In this document: piece by piece, positions 31,175 through 41,073 of the stretch
How positions within the stretch are numbered: the stretch's first letter is position 1
How the letters are laid out: every line of letters begins with the position of its first letter
Assembly (NCBI GenBank): GCA_964625335.1
Contig: CAZVBE010000001.1
Location: forward strand, 28,463 to 92,462
Source: an uncultured Clostridium sp.
Lineage (GTDB): Bacteria > Bacillota > Clostridia > Ch29
Reading direction: 5' to 3'
Length of the DNA stretch: 64,000 nucleotides
Program-made: the position numbers and the translations under genes
Notes under the pieces: model-generated
Databases searched by the model: none
What the model saw: only the letters and a program-made list of their open reading frames with translations
Told to the model about the DNA's origin: nothing

Positions 31175-32405
31175 CGACCTTCACTATTTCCGCAAGGTCT
31201 ATCAATCCTTTGCCCTGGGCATAGGCAGGGAAGTTTAAGTCCTTAGCGGTTGACAGCATCAGTTCCTTGACCTGTTCATTGGTATAGCCCGGAAACATTT
31301 CATGTATCAGGGCGGCGCAGCCGGATACAATGGGAGTGGCCATCGACGTGCCCGACAGGGATTTATACAGGGTTTCGTTATTGTCCGCCGGAACGGCCAG
31401 CGAAACAATATCCACCCCCGGCGCCACGATATCGGGTTTTGCCACCATTCTCCTGGTGGGACCTCTGCTGGAAAAGTTGGCTATGGTATCATCCTTGGTA
31501 GAAGTGGTTCCCCGGTCATCCAGGGCGCCTACAGTTATTACCTCGGGACATATACCCGGGGAGGAGATGGTATGCCTGGACGGGCCTTCATTACCGGCGG
31601 CACAAATCACGGTCATTCCCTTTTCCCATGCCGCTGCCACAGCTTTGTCAATGGGAGAATAGGACAGGGATTTAGGCTTTGAGCCCAGCGAAAGGTTCAG
31701 CACCTTTATATTGTATCGCTCCCGGTTATCCAGGACCCACTGGATGCCTGCAATTACGTCGGAGGTATCTCCGCTGCCCTCGGCGTTTAAGGTTTTTATC
31801 GCAATTATATTGGCTTCAGGCGCTATTCCGGAATATTTTCCCTCCGAGCCAAACCCGTTTCCCGCGATACAGCCTGTCACATGGGTTCCGTGGCCATTAT
31901 CGTCGTAGGGCTCTCTTTTTTCATTTACATAGTCCCTGAATGCGGTAATTCTGCCCACTGGTTTCCAAAGGTCGGGGTGAAGTGTAACGCCGGTATCTAT
32001 CACAGCCACACCAACGCCCTTACCGGTATATTTTACCGGTTCCGGATGGGCTTCCTTTATTGTTTCCCTGGCCACATCCATGTGTATAAAAACCTTGGTG
32101 TCATCGGTAACGTATTCAACCTCTTCCAGAACGGCGAGTTCCTCCACCAGGCCGGCGGGCGCCTCCAGGGCTATTGCATTGATTATGGGGAGATGGCGTT
32201 TAATCCTTACGTCGGGATGGCGGCATATGCATTTTTCCATATGGGACAGGCTGTGGCCTTTATAGTAAAGAATGACCGGTATTTTTTCGTTTTTATTTGT
32301 TCTTATTTTCGGTACCAGGGCAGGATCGATATAACGGTTGCGATATTGATTGGTCATCAGATTTTTTAAAAGAAGGAGCAGAAGGATTTCCCTTGAGTAA
32401 TTCAT
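31149..32405 (-). CDS. S8 (subtilisin-like) serine peptidase
   Basis: Catalytic triad motifs VAVIDTGV (D), HGTHVTG (H) and GTSMATP (S), plus an N-terminal inhibitor_I9-like propeptide. Confidence 0.9.
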   Translation of the reverse strand: MNYSREILLLLLLKNLMTNQYRNRYIDPALVPKIRTNKNEKIPVILYYKGHSLSHMEKCICRHPDVRIKRHLPIINAIALEAPAGLVEELAVLEEVEYVTDDTKVFIHMDVARETIKEAHPEPVKYTGKGVGVAVIDTGVTLHPDLWKPVGRITAFRDYVNEKREPYDDNGHGTHVTGCIAGNGFGSEGKYSGIAPEANIIAIKTLNAEGSGDTSDVIAGIQWVLDNRERYNIKVLNLSLGSKPKSLSYSPIDKAVAAAWEKGMTVICAAGNEGPSRHTISSPGICPEVITVGALDDRGTTSTKDDTIANFSSRGPTRRMVAKPDIVAPGVDIVSLAVPADNNETLYKSLSGTSMATPIVSGCAALIHEMFPGYTNEQVKELMLSTAKDLNFPAYAQGKGLIDLAEIVKVGEGGATYR

Positions 32406-32564
32406 TGATATTCACCTCACAAAAATACATCTACAATATTCTATGGGTTTAACAGCGAAATTGTTAAAGGAGTTAAGGGGCTACATGAAAAATCATCCAT
32501 GGACTATAGGACCAATACCGTTTATAATAGTGATATAACATTATGTAAACCGAAGGGTGATTAG

Positions 32565-34400
32565 ATGAGACGAAAAAAATTCATTATCATATTGTCCGTC
32601 GTCCTATTGCTGGCAGTTGCTGCCGGCAGTGCATATTTTTATGGGCAAAGCGTTAAAAATATTGAGACAATAACATATTTGGATTTTGTTGAAAAGGCGG
32701 AGGACGGCAAGGTTGAGGTAATCTATCTTGGTGACAGTCCCAGTTTGGATGGCCAGATGACAGACGGTACCAGGTTTATTACCGAGAATCCACGAAATGA
32801 AGGCTTTAAAGAAAGTATGCTTGTGCTTGGAGTGAAGGTAGAAGAGGGCCAGAGAAGCAGTGCGCTGCTGTCGGTTTTGCGGGTGCTGCTGGTTTTTGGC
32901 ATAGTGATATTTGCCGTCTGGGGCATTTCTAAGCTTATGAACAGGGGAACAGCGGGACATAAGAGCCAGGCTGACAAACTGACCACGATGCAGTGCGAGA
33001 CGGTAAAAGACGCTGGCGTTGTTTTTGATGATGTTGCAGGGAATCAGGAGGCCAAGGAAAGCGTTAAGGATATAATTGATTTTTTGAAAAACCCTGACAA
33101 GTATGCACGGATGGGAGCGCGAATGCCAAGGGGTGTTGTTTTTTACGGTCCTCCCGGAACAGGTAAAACAATGCTGGCAAAGGCGGTGGCTGGGGAAGCA
33201 GGGGTTCCTTACTTTGCCTTTTCAGGTTCGGATTTTGTACAGATGTATGTTGGAGTGGGAGCCGCTCGTATACGGGATGTGTTTAAGAAAGCCCGGGAAA
33301 TGGGCAGATGCGTAGTGTTTATTGATGAGATTGATGCCCTGGGTAAAAAAAGAGAGGCATTATCCTCCGGCGGGAATGACGAGAGGAGTCAGACCCTCAA
33401 TGCCCTGCTTACGGAAATGTCCGGGTTCAATGCCAATGAAGGCATTATAGTAATTGCGGCCACCAACAGGCTGGATGTGCTGGACCAGGCCCTGCTGCGG
33501 CCGGGAAGATTTGACAGACAGGTGGAAATAGGTCTTCCGGATATTAACGGAAGGTTCGAAATAATAAAAATCCACAGCCGTAATAAACCCCTAAGTCAGG
33601 ATATTGATTTAAAAAGCCTTGCGCATCAGACGGTATTTTTCAGCGGTGCGCAGCTCGAAAATCTGATGAATGAAGCCGCGATTTTTGCTGCAAAAAGGGG
33701 TTCAAAGCTGATCGAAAAGGGCGATATTGACAAATCCTACTATACTGTTATTGCCGGCGCGGAGAAGAAGGACAGAAGCGCTATTTCCCGGTCGGACAGG
33801 GAGATAACCGCATATCATGAAGCGGGGCATGCCCTGGTTACCAAGCTGGTTGCGCCCGAAAACCGCGTTACCAAGGTTACCATAATACCAAGCACCAAGG
33901 GAGCCGGTGGTTTTAGCGTATCGCTGCCGCCGGACAGGATGTACAGAAGCAAAAAGCAAATGGAGAGCAGTATCAAGATTGCCCTTGCGGGGCGGATAGC
34001 CGAGGAAATTATATTTGGCAGGGAAAACGTGACCACCGGAGCTTCAAATGATATAGAGAAGGCCACGCAGATTGTAATGGCTTTGGTTAAACAGTTCGGT
34101 ATGGGAGACAGTACCGGCATGCTGAATTACGACATCCTCTTTCATAACAGTGTTGCCAATCAGGAGCATATAGTAGAGGAATGCAGGGCCTTTATGGACA
34201 AGTATTATAAGGAAATCTCCAACCTGCTGGTGGAAAACAAATACCTGCTTGACAAAATAGCTCGTACACTGCTGGCGGAGGAATCGATAGATGAAGAGTG
34301 TCTTGAAGGCATATTGTCCGGTGAACGGTGTGAACCGACCGTTCCAGCCGGTGACCATGTACCCCAAAAAAGCGGAGAAAAATCTGCGGCAATGGCATAG
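32565..34400 (+). CDS. ftsH: ATP-dependent zinc metalloprotease FtsH (paralog)
   Basis: Two TM helices, Walker A GPPGTGKT, Walker B VFIDEID and Zn site HEAGHA. Confidence 0.9.
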   Translation: MRRKKFIIILSVVLLLAVAAGSAYFYGQSVKNIETITYLDFVEKAEDGKVEVIYLGDSPSLDGQMTDGTRFITENPRNEGFKESMLVLGVKVEEGQRSSALLSVLRVLLVFGIVIFAVWGISKLMNRGTAGHKSQADKLTTMQCETVKDAGVVFDDVAGNQEAKESVKDIIDFLKNPDKYARMGARMPRGVVFYGPPGTGKTMLAKAVAGEAGVPYFAFSGSDFVQMYVGVGAARIRDVFKKAREMGRCVVFIDEIDALGKKREALSSGGNDERSQTLNALLTEMSGFNANEGIIVIAATNRLDVLDQALLRPGRFDRQVEIGLPDINGRFEIIKIHSRNKPLSQDIDLKSLAHQTVFFSGAQLENLMNEAAIFAAKRGSKLIEKGDIDKSYYTVIAGAEKKDRSAISRSDREITAYHEAGHALVTKLVAPENRVTKVTIIPSTKGAGGFSVSLPPDRMYRSKKQMESSIKIALAGRIAEEIIFGRENVTTGASNDIEKATQIVMALVKQFGMGDSTGMLNYDILFHNSVANQEHIVEECRAFMDKYYKEISNLLVENKYLLDKIARTLLAEESIDEECLEGILSGERCEPTVPAGDHVPQKSGEKSAAMA

Positions 34401-34448
34401 CAAACAGTAGGACAGGCAGTGTGTTTGGCAAAGCTTAATCGTAAGTGT

Positions 34449-35585
34449 TCAACGGCCGGATGGAGGCCTTTGTTTTAGGAAGTATCCCAGCGTAGAGCGG
34501 GCAAGGGCCCTCTCTAACAGGTTGTCCGACTGCACATTGAGTTCTGATACCGGCTTTGTAAACAGTACCGGGAAAAAGCTGCCAATCTGCCTGCCGTATA
34601 TATCCATACACCGGTTGGGCGTAACGCCCGGCCAGGCGTTGCAGCTGGCAACAACGCGTCTGTGGCCTGCATCTATGTATTTGCCAAGGTCAAGGTAGAC
34701 AGGGTGGTCGGTTTCGAATATATACCCGTCCAGGCTGCCTGTTGGAATACCCTCTATGCCCTTTACCTGATAAGGCCGTGTATCAAAATCATAGGGGTCG
34801 GCGGTTAGGTCCAGTATTACAGCGTCCTTTGGCAAACATCCTATCAGGTGGTTTCTGATTATCGGGACTGTGGGGTCGTTTCTTTTGCTGGTATCTGCCA
34901 GAATATCCGTAGCTTTAAATAAATCCTCTAGACTTTTATGGTCCCGGGTGATGCTTCTGCCTGCACATTGCACAAGCACACCCGGGATTTTTCGTTGTTC
35001 TGATGTTTCATATAGTTTTAAATTGCCATATTTGGAGGCTGCCCTTGCGGCATGCATACCCACCGCTCCCATTCCTATAATGGTTACCGTTAAATAGGGC
35101 TTTTTGGCACTAATAAACCACGGTCTGTCCTTAAGCAGTGCCTGGAAGGCCGCATTCATTCCGTTCCATGCGGTACCGGCGATGTTTTCCACCAGCCTTT
35201 GGTCATTATCATCTTTAACTGCATCCAGGGAAACACCGGTTATGTTCCGTTTTACGAGATTTTCTATCCTGTCCGGCCTTGTTTCATAATGTATCATTGA
35301 TACCAATATGCTGCCGGGTTTTAAAAGATCCAGTTCTCCGGCACTGGGGAACCGCAGCACCATTACAATGTCCTGATTATATGCCTCTGCCAGTGTGCCA
35401 AACCTTGCCTTCGGATTGGCTTTTGTATAGCTTAAAGGGTTGATATCCATCCCACGGCCGTAATCATGCTCCAGTACAACTTGGATATCGTACTGCGCAA
35501 GCTTTTCTACAAAGCCGGGCAGAAAGGCCCGTTTTTCACCGGCTTCCTTATGCATTCCGGGCAGTCCAAGGCTTCTGGCGGTCAT
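34449..35585 (-). CDS. alanine dehydrogenase/PNT-fold NAD(P)-dependent dehydrogenase (saccharopine/carboxyethyl-ornithine-synthase-like)
   Basis: Rossmann loop IIGMGAVGMHAA and overall AlaDH-like layout. The substrate cannot be inferred. Confidence 0.6.
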   Translation of the reverse strand: MTARSLGLPGMHKEAGEKRAFLPGFVEKLAQYDIQVVLEHDYGRGMDINPLSYTKANPKARFGTLAEAYNQDIVMVLRFPSAGELDLLKPGSILVSMIHYETRPDRIENLVKRNITGVSLDAVKDDNDQRLVENIAGTAWNGMNAAFQALLKDRPWFISAKKPYLTVTIIGMGAVGMHAARAASKYGNLKLYETSEQRKIPGVLVQCAGRSITRDHKSLEDLFKATDILADTSKRNDPTVPIIRNHLIGCLPKDAVILDLTADPYDFDTRPYQVKGIEGIPTGSLDGYIFETDHPVYLDLGKYIDAGHRRVVASCNAWPGVTPNRCMDIYGRQIGSFFPVLFTKPVSELNVQSDNLLERALARSTLGYFLKQRPPSGR

Positions 35586-35739
35586 TTTTTTCCTCCTCTA
35601 TGAGTTTACTCATTAATTTTATTATACCCAGAAATCTATATGTGAAAATTCATATGCGCAGTTGCTGATATAATCAATTATTCGTTGGATTTCATAGTAT
35701 AATATAGTGCCAATAAAGTTTTGGAGGGAGTACAGGCTA

Positions 35740-35991
35740 ATGGATGACCTGAACAACCAGATAGGTTGGCTGCTGGCAACCGATGCTTTCAGAAGCCTTC
35801 TGGAAAATGATTTATTGAGTACGGCCAAGCTGAATGCGGCTATTGCGCTGCTTATTAAGGCACGTATTCCCTTTGATGTAGTCTTCACACCGGGAACGAG
35901 AAGGGTGAGGCCCCAGGCTGTTATAACCATAAATATCAACCCGAATACCACAATATCCTTTACAGTAAGGTTTGAATCTCAAATTATTTAG
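35740..35991 (+). CDS. small hypothetical protein
   Basis: ATG at 35740 lies 9 nt after GGAGGGAG. 83 aa with no known motif. Confidence 0.5.
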   Translation: MDDLNNQIGWLLATDAFRSLLENDLLSTAKLNAAIALLIKARIPFDVVFTPGTRRVRPQAVITININPNTTISFTVRFESQII

Positions 35992-36136
35992 ACCCGTCTT
36001 TAAATAAAATACCCGTTTAATGAAATACTATAGTAAGGAATACATGCAACAGGCGCCGGTTCTCGTTTGCAGCAAAAGCCCACCTTGGGACCGCCGGAAC
36101 CTGGTACATGTGATCTGAAAGCGACAAAAGGGAGGA

Positions 36137-37438
36137 ATGGAATTGCTGGGAGAGGGGATTGTAAAAAATATAATAGATGAAATGCTCGAGAGAATGCGTG
36201 AACTGGAGACCACCAAGAGTCCCAATCTTGTCCATGGTTTTTCGATGCTAAAGATTGCTGCAATAGCAGAAAGGGCAAAGCACGGGGTTCCCGTAAGGGA
36301 GATGTACGGTTCAACCAGAAAACTCCCTACCTTTGAGGAACTTATGTTTGTCCCCGCTATGATAGATGTGCTTCCGGTCAGCCCAAATACGGTTAACACC
36401 GAGGTGGTTATAGGAAAAAATACAAGTAAGCCGGTTAAAATATCCACTCCAATAATGCTGTCTGCAATGGCTTTCGGGCTTTCGGTCAACCGCCGGACCA
36501 AGATATGCTGGGGAAAGGCTTCGGCTGCCGCCGATACCGCCTGTAATTCGGGAGATACCGGTTTTTACCCTGAAGAACGAAAATATGCGAGATATTACAT
36601 AGTCCAGCTTAACAGAGCCCGTTACGGCAACTCGGAGGAGGAAATAGAGCAGGCGGATGCCGTGGAAATACGCTTCGGCCAGGGAGCGATGGGGGCACTA
36701 TCAGGGACCGTTGACGATGCGGATGTCGACAAAGAGCTTGCAAAGCAGTTGGGTGTAAGACCCGGTAAGAGTTCAACCCGGCCAATGCTGCACCCCGAGA
36801 TAGATCAGGGGAAAACCTTAAAGGATATAGTTCAAAACGTCAGGAATATCAATCCCGACATACCGGTGGGCGTAAAGGTTGCCGCAGGGAATATTGAAAA
36901 GGACCTTGACGCTGTCATAAATGCGGGATGCGACTTTGTTACCATAGACGGCGGCGGAGGCGGGACCGCAAACTCCCCCGAGGTAACCATAAACAACCTG
37001 GGCGTTCCGCTGGTATACGCCGTTGGCAGAGCCCACCGCCATTTAGTCAGCCGTGGTGAACGCGGCAATATAGATCTGATAGTAACTGGAGGCTTAAGGG
37101 ATGCGGGGGACTGCCTGAAGGCCATGGCCCTTGGTGCCAATGCCGTTTATCTGGGCGAGTCGGCCCTTATAGCCATGAGCTATTCCCAGTGGGACAGGGT
37201 GCCGCCGGGAACCGCACCTTCCGAGATGTTCCTTTCCTTTGGCGACCATGAAGAGCTGCTGGATATCGAGGAGGGAACAAAGGCTTTGGCCAATTTCATT
37301 AAGGCTTCCACGTCCGAGATAGCTATGCTGACAGGCCTGGTTGGGAAAAATGATATTAAAAAGGTCAGTATTGACGATATGATAGCCCTTACGGAGCATA
37401 TGAGTAATGCCACCGGTGCACGCCTGGCATGGCAGTAG
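36137..37438 (+). CDS. FMN-binding glutamate-synthase-family (GltS FMN-domain-like) protein
   Basis: TIM-barrel FMN-site motifs (DFVTIDGGGGGT, TGGLRDAGD), 433 aa. Confidence 0.8.
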   Translation: MELLGEGIVKNIIDEMLERMRELETTKSPNLVHGFSMLKIAAIAERAKHGVPVREMYGSTRKLPTFEELMFVPAMIDVLPVSPNTVNTEVVIGKNTSKPVKISTPIMLSAMAFGLSVNRRTKICWGKASAAADTACNSGDTGFYPEERKYARYYIVQLNRARYGNSEEEIEQADAVEIRFGQGAMGALSGTVDDADVDKELAKQLGVRPGKSSTRPMLHPEIDQGKTLKDIVQNVRNINPDIPVGVKVAAGNIEKDLDAVINAGCDFVTIDGGGGGTANSPEVTINNLGVPLVYAVGRAHRHLVSRGERGNIDLIVTGGLRDAGDCLKAMALGANAVYLGESALIAMSYSQWDRVPPGTAPSEMFLSFGDHEELLDIEEGTKALANFIKASTSEIAMLTGLVGKNDIKKVSIDDMIALTEHMSNATGARLAWQ

Positions 37439-37516
37439 AAAAGAAGTATCCAAAAATGCCATGGATAAATATATAGACCACCGGAAAAGGTGTGCTTTTG
37501 TTTGCGCTTATTATCG

Positions 37517-37545
37517 GCAGCAATAGAAGTTGCTGCTATTTTTGT
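37517..37545 (+). terminator. rho-independent terminator (last core feature before the AT-rich island)
   Basis: GCAGCAA-tagaag-TTGCTGC followed by TATTTTT. Confidence 0.7.
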
Positions 37546-37781
37546 CTATTTAGAGGAAAATATAAACAAATGTAGAACTCTTATGTATAACACCTAGATA
37601 TATCAGTTATGGCACTGTAATATGTTAGTGATGCCATAGATAAATCTAATTGACTTTTATTCTAATTGGCCGCATCCAATAATACCAAATAATTATTCAT
37701 TATATTTTCAAAATATCTTCAAAAAAAATAAGACTATGATAAAATTAATTTGCGTAAGTAAATTGAGAAAGGGGTGTGGAA

Positions 37782-38633
37782 ATGAGTTCAAATAATAATA
37801 TTATCTTGAATAGAGTTTTCACCCGCAGTACTTTTACGGAGTTGCTTAAAGAACAATATAGTAATACATACTACCAAGTCATTAAACGCTATATAGAAAA
37901 TATTGAGACTAAAAGCAATCGAATTCTAATAAGTGAAATATACAAAGTTATGGCGCATAATTATCGAAATGAATATGTGTATAAGAATACTCTGCTAAAC
38001 AGATTGTTAATTGCCAAGCATAGCTTGAAGACGACTACAGCATTAACTGAGATACCGATAAGCAAATCAAAGGCTGATTTTGTATTGATAAACGGTAAAG
38101 CAATCGTTTATGAAATCAAAACAGAATTAGATAGCTTTGATCGATTGGAAAACCAATTGAGCAATTACTATAAAGCCTTTGATAATGTATGCGTGGTAAC
38201 CTGTGAGGATAATTTTGAGAAGTTAGATAGATTGCTGAAGTATAGCCCTGCTGGCATTTATATTCTGACGAAACGAAATAGACTTAGTGCTAGAAAAGAG
38301 CCTATTACTGATAATACTAACTTAGACTCAAATATTATGTTTAAGATTTTAAGGAAGCGAGAATTTGAGAATATATTAAAAATCCATTATGGAGAGCTCC
38401 CTATAGTATCACAAGTTAATTATTATAATGAATGTTATAAACTATTCGGAAATATTGATATCCAAGAAGCTTATCAGTATATGTTAAAGGAGCTAAAAAA
38501 GAGAGCCATAATTAAAATTGAGGAATATAAAAGAATACCCTATGAATTGAAATACCTGGCTTATTTTTCAAAATATAAAACGTTAGATTACCAGCGATTA
38601 GATAATTTTTTGAATAAAAAATTTGGAGGTTAG
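37782..38633 (+). CDS. PD-(D/E)xK nuclease-fold protein, sce7726-family-like
   Basis: TEIPISKSKADFVLINGKAIVYEIKTELDS shows E / D / ExK spacing. ATG at 37782 follows GGGGTG. The size and its pairing with the next gene match my recollection of the sce7726/sce7725 pair. Confidence 0.6.
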   Translation: MSSNNNIILNRVFTRSTFTELLKEQYSNTYYQVIKRYIENIETKSNRILISEIYKVMAHNYRNEYVYKNTLLNRLLIAKHSLKTTTALTEIPISKSKADFVLINGKAIVYEIKTELDSFDRLENQLSNYYKAFDNVCVVTCEDNFEKLDRLLKYSPAGIYILTKRNRLSARKEPITDNTNLDSNIMFKILRKREFENILKIHYGELPIVSQVNYYNECYKLFGNIDIQEAYQYMLKELKKRAIIKIEEYKRIPYELKYLAYFSKYKTLDYQRLDNFLNKKFGG

Positions 38634-38637
38634 TCTT

Positions 38638-39570
38638 ATGTATTTTCCATATTTACGTGGAAGACAATATGAGTTGCTTGCCTTATGCGAATTGGTAGAT
38701 GCTCACCGCCTTGGCAAACAATCCATCCCAATTATTGAGCCAGTGAAACCATCCTCGACTTTAATTAAAGTTTTGAATTCCTTCACAAAGAATAATCAAG
38801 AAATAGCCATTATTCATAATCCGCAGGTAGGATCTTTCTCTAAAGATATACAAGACGAAAAGAGAAATGAATTTAGAGAGAAATATAAGGAATTATTGCA
38901 GAATAAGTTAGTAATAAAAGCTCATATTTTAAACAAACATTCTAAATTGGAACTTAAGCAATTAGAAACACAAGGTTTTGACAAAAACGATCTATTGATA
39001 ATAAGTAATAAACGTGATTATGTAAACTTATATCCAGAAGAGTTTCGCACATCTATTCCTCGCTATATACTAATACCTGACGAAAGCATATTCAGACGTA
39101 AAATAAGAAGAAACCGGGTTTTACTCGCCGATAAATTCGAAAAACAAAACCGAAATATTGATTATGCAATAGTTGACGATGAGCCCTTTTCAGATGATCA
39201 TTTATTCTATAGAGATGATGGTTTTATTGGATTTTCAGACTACTCAATTGTAGGAGATACTTTCTTGGAAGCTGGCTTCGCACCCTATGCAGTAGCGTTA
39301 CATATTGTTTATTTTGCAGATGATGAAAGTTTGCGTATTAGGCATTTTGTTTCTATTTCAAACGAAGATATCACGAATCCAGCAGGAAAATTCTATGAAG
39401 CATTAATAAAGCTAAACGATTGGGATATGTCACACAAAATGGATACACTTGGCCTGTCAGGGCTTTTAACACATTTTGAAGACGAGACATACCCTGGACT
39501 GGGAACAGTAAAAAAGCTTTCTATGATGCATCATATTGAATTAGTTGGACGATATCTTAACGAGGTATAA
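38638..39570 (+). CDS. sce7725-family-like protein (function unknown)
   Basis: ATG lies 4 nt after the upstream stop, with GGAGG 8 nt upstream. The N-terminus MYFPYLRGRQYELLAL is as I recall for this family. Confidence 0.55.
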   Translation: MYFPYLRGRQYELLALCELVDAHRLGKQSIPIIEPVKPSSTLIKVLNSFTKNNQEIAIIHNPQVGSFSKDIQDEKRNEFREKYKELLQNKLVIKAHILNKHSKLELKQLETQGFDKNDLLIISNKRDYVNLYPEEFRTSIPRYILIPDESIFRRKIRRNRVLLADKFEKQNRNIDYAIVDDEPFSDDHLFYRDDGFIGFSDYSIVGDTFLEAGFAPYAVALHIVYFADDESLRIRHFVSISNEDITNPAGKFYEALIKLNDWDMSHKMDTLGLSGLLTHFEDETYPGLGTVKKLSMMHHIELVGRYLNEV

Positions 39571-39575
39571 TAACG

Positions 39576-40643
39576 ATGATATGTTGTGAAAAATGTTTTA
39601 AAGATATAGAAATTAAAGCCATTCTTAAAAGTTTAAATCAAGTTGGCATATGCGAATTATGTGGAAAAGTAAATGTAAATATTTATAATACTGATACAAA
39701 CAATGAACTAGCAGAGATGTTTGACGACTTATTAAATATTTACACTATTAGAGAAAACTTACCCGATGGTTATCCACGTGAGAATGTAAATCTGTTAAAA
39801 GATGAACTTTGCAGACGATGGAATATTTTTAATATCGATAAAGACTTAGCATATAGAGCTATTACTGGTATTTGTAGCGAGAAATATCATGAACATCCGG
39901 AAATATTTGATACACCTATTGGAATTTTGGAATTACATCAGACAGATTATCTTGAAGAACATTCAATAATGAAAACCTTTGAGTGGGAGAATTTTGTTGA
40001 AGGAATAAAAACTAATAACCGTTTCCATACAGATTATATAAATAAAGAAGTGCTTTATTCTTTCTGTAACTATATAAAAAAAATATATAAGACAGGAGCT
40101 ATATTCTATAGAGCAAGAATTTGCTCAGATGAGACAGGCTTTACTATTAACGAAATGGGGGCTCCTCCTGTAGGAGATGCCACTGGTGGTCGAGCTAATC
40201 CCATAGGAATAAGCTGCTTATATCTTGCTGATACCGATATAACTGCTCTTAATGAAATTAGAGCGGGTATTTATGACTATGTTGCAATAGGTAAATTTGT
40301 TCTTAAACAAGATATTGAGGTTGTTAATCTAACAATTGTGGATCAGATCAGCCCTTTTGGGGGGATAGATAATACCGTTCATGCAGTAAATAAAAAGCAT
40401 TTGCAGAAAATAAGTGCTGATATTGCAAAACCTTTACGAAGACACGACAGCCCACTTGATTATCTTCCTACTCAATATATTAGTGATTACATAAAAAGCA
40501 GAGAATTTGCTGGTATAGAATACAAAAGCACGATGAACCAAGGTGGATATAATCTGGCAATATTTGAAGGAAAATTATTTGAATGTACAACTGTGGATGT
40601 TTACGATATTCGCGAATTGAAATATGAATATGATAAGTTATAG
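39576..40643 (+). CDS. zinc-ribbon (HEPN/RES-NTD1-like) + RES-domain protein, putative NAD+-degrading effector
   Basis: The N-terminus has CCEKC...CELC. The C-terminus reads FYRAR...GGRANPIGISCLYLA...ALNEIRA...YLPTQYISDYIKSREFAGIEYKST, giving the R/E/S signature positions. It starts 5 nt after the upstream stop. Confidence 0.7.
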   Translation: MICCEKCFKDIEIKAILKSLNQVGICELCGKVNVNIYNTDTNNELAEMFDDLLNIYTIRENLPDGYPRENVNLLKDELCRRWNIFNIDKDLAYRAITGICSEKYHEHPEIFDTPIGILELHQTDYLEEHSIMKTFEWENFVEGIKTNNRFHTDYINKEVLYSFCNYIKKIYKTGAIFYRARICSDETGFTINEMGAPPVGDATGGRANPIGISCLYLADTDITALNEIRAGIYDYVAIGKFVLKQDIEVVNLTIVDQISPFGGIDNTVHAVNKKHLQKISADIAKPLRRHDSPLDYLPTQYISDYIKSREFAGIEYKSTMNQGGYNLAIFEGKLFECTTVDVYDIRELKYEYDKL

Positions 40644-41073
40644 CATATAAACAGCTCAAGGGGTTTCAGTGTTTTCAATTTGTGTAGCGAAGAATTATTC
40701 AAATACTTTAGATAGTCTTAGATACTGGCTCGGAAAAAGTGAGACTACAGAAGAAGTAATTATTGCATCATTTGAAAAAAACAATAAGTGATTTCATCCA
40801 TAAGCCATACGATATTGTTGGGGAAGTGGCTAACAGAGAAGCTTATTAAAACAAGTTAATAAAGATAGAAAAACTGTATATGAATCTGTCAAACAGACAA
40901 ATTATTATACCAGGTATATGAACGGCTTTATTGTCCAAAATTGTTAATATATCTGTCTATAAGACACTTATGGTATATTTTATGTAATGTATAATAAAAT
41001 AGCTATAAATTAGATTGTCTAATCCATAGATTGTAAAAAATAAGATTTTTCATATAGACGGAGGAGATTTAAT

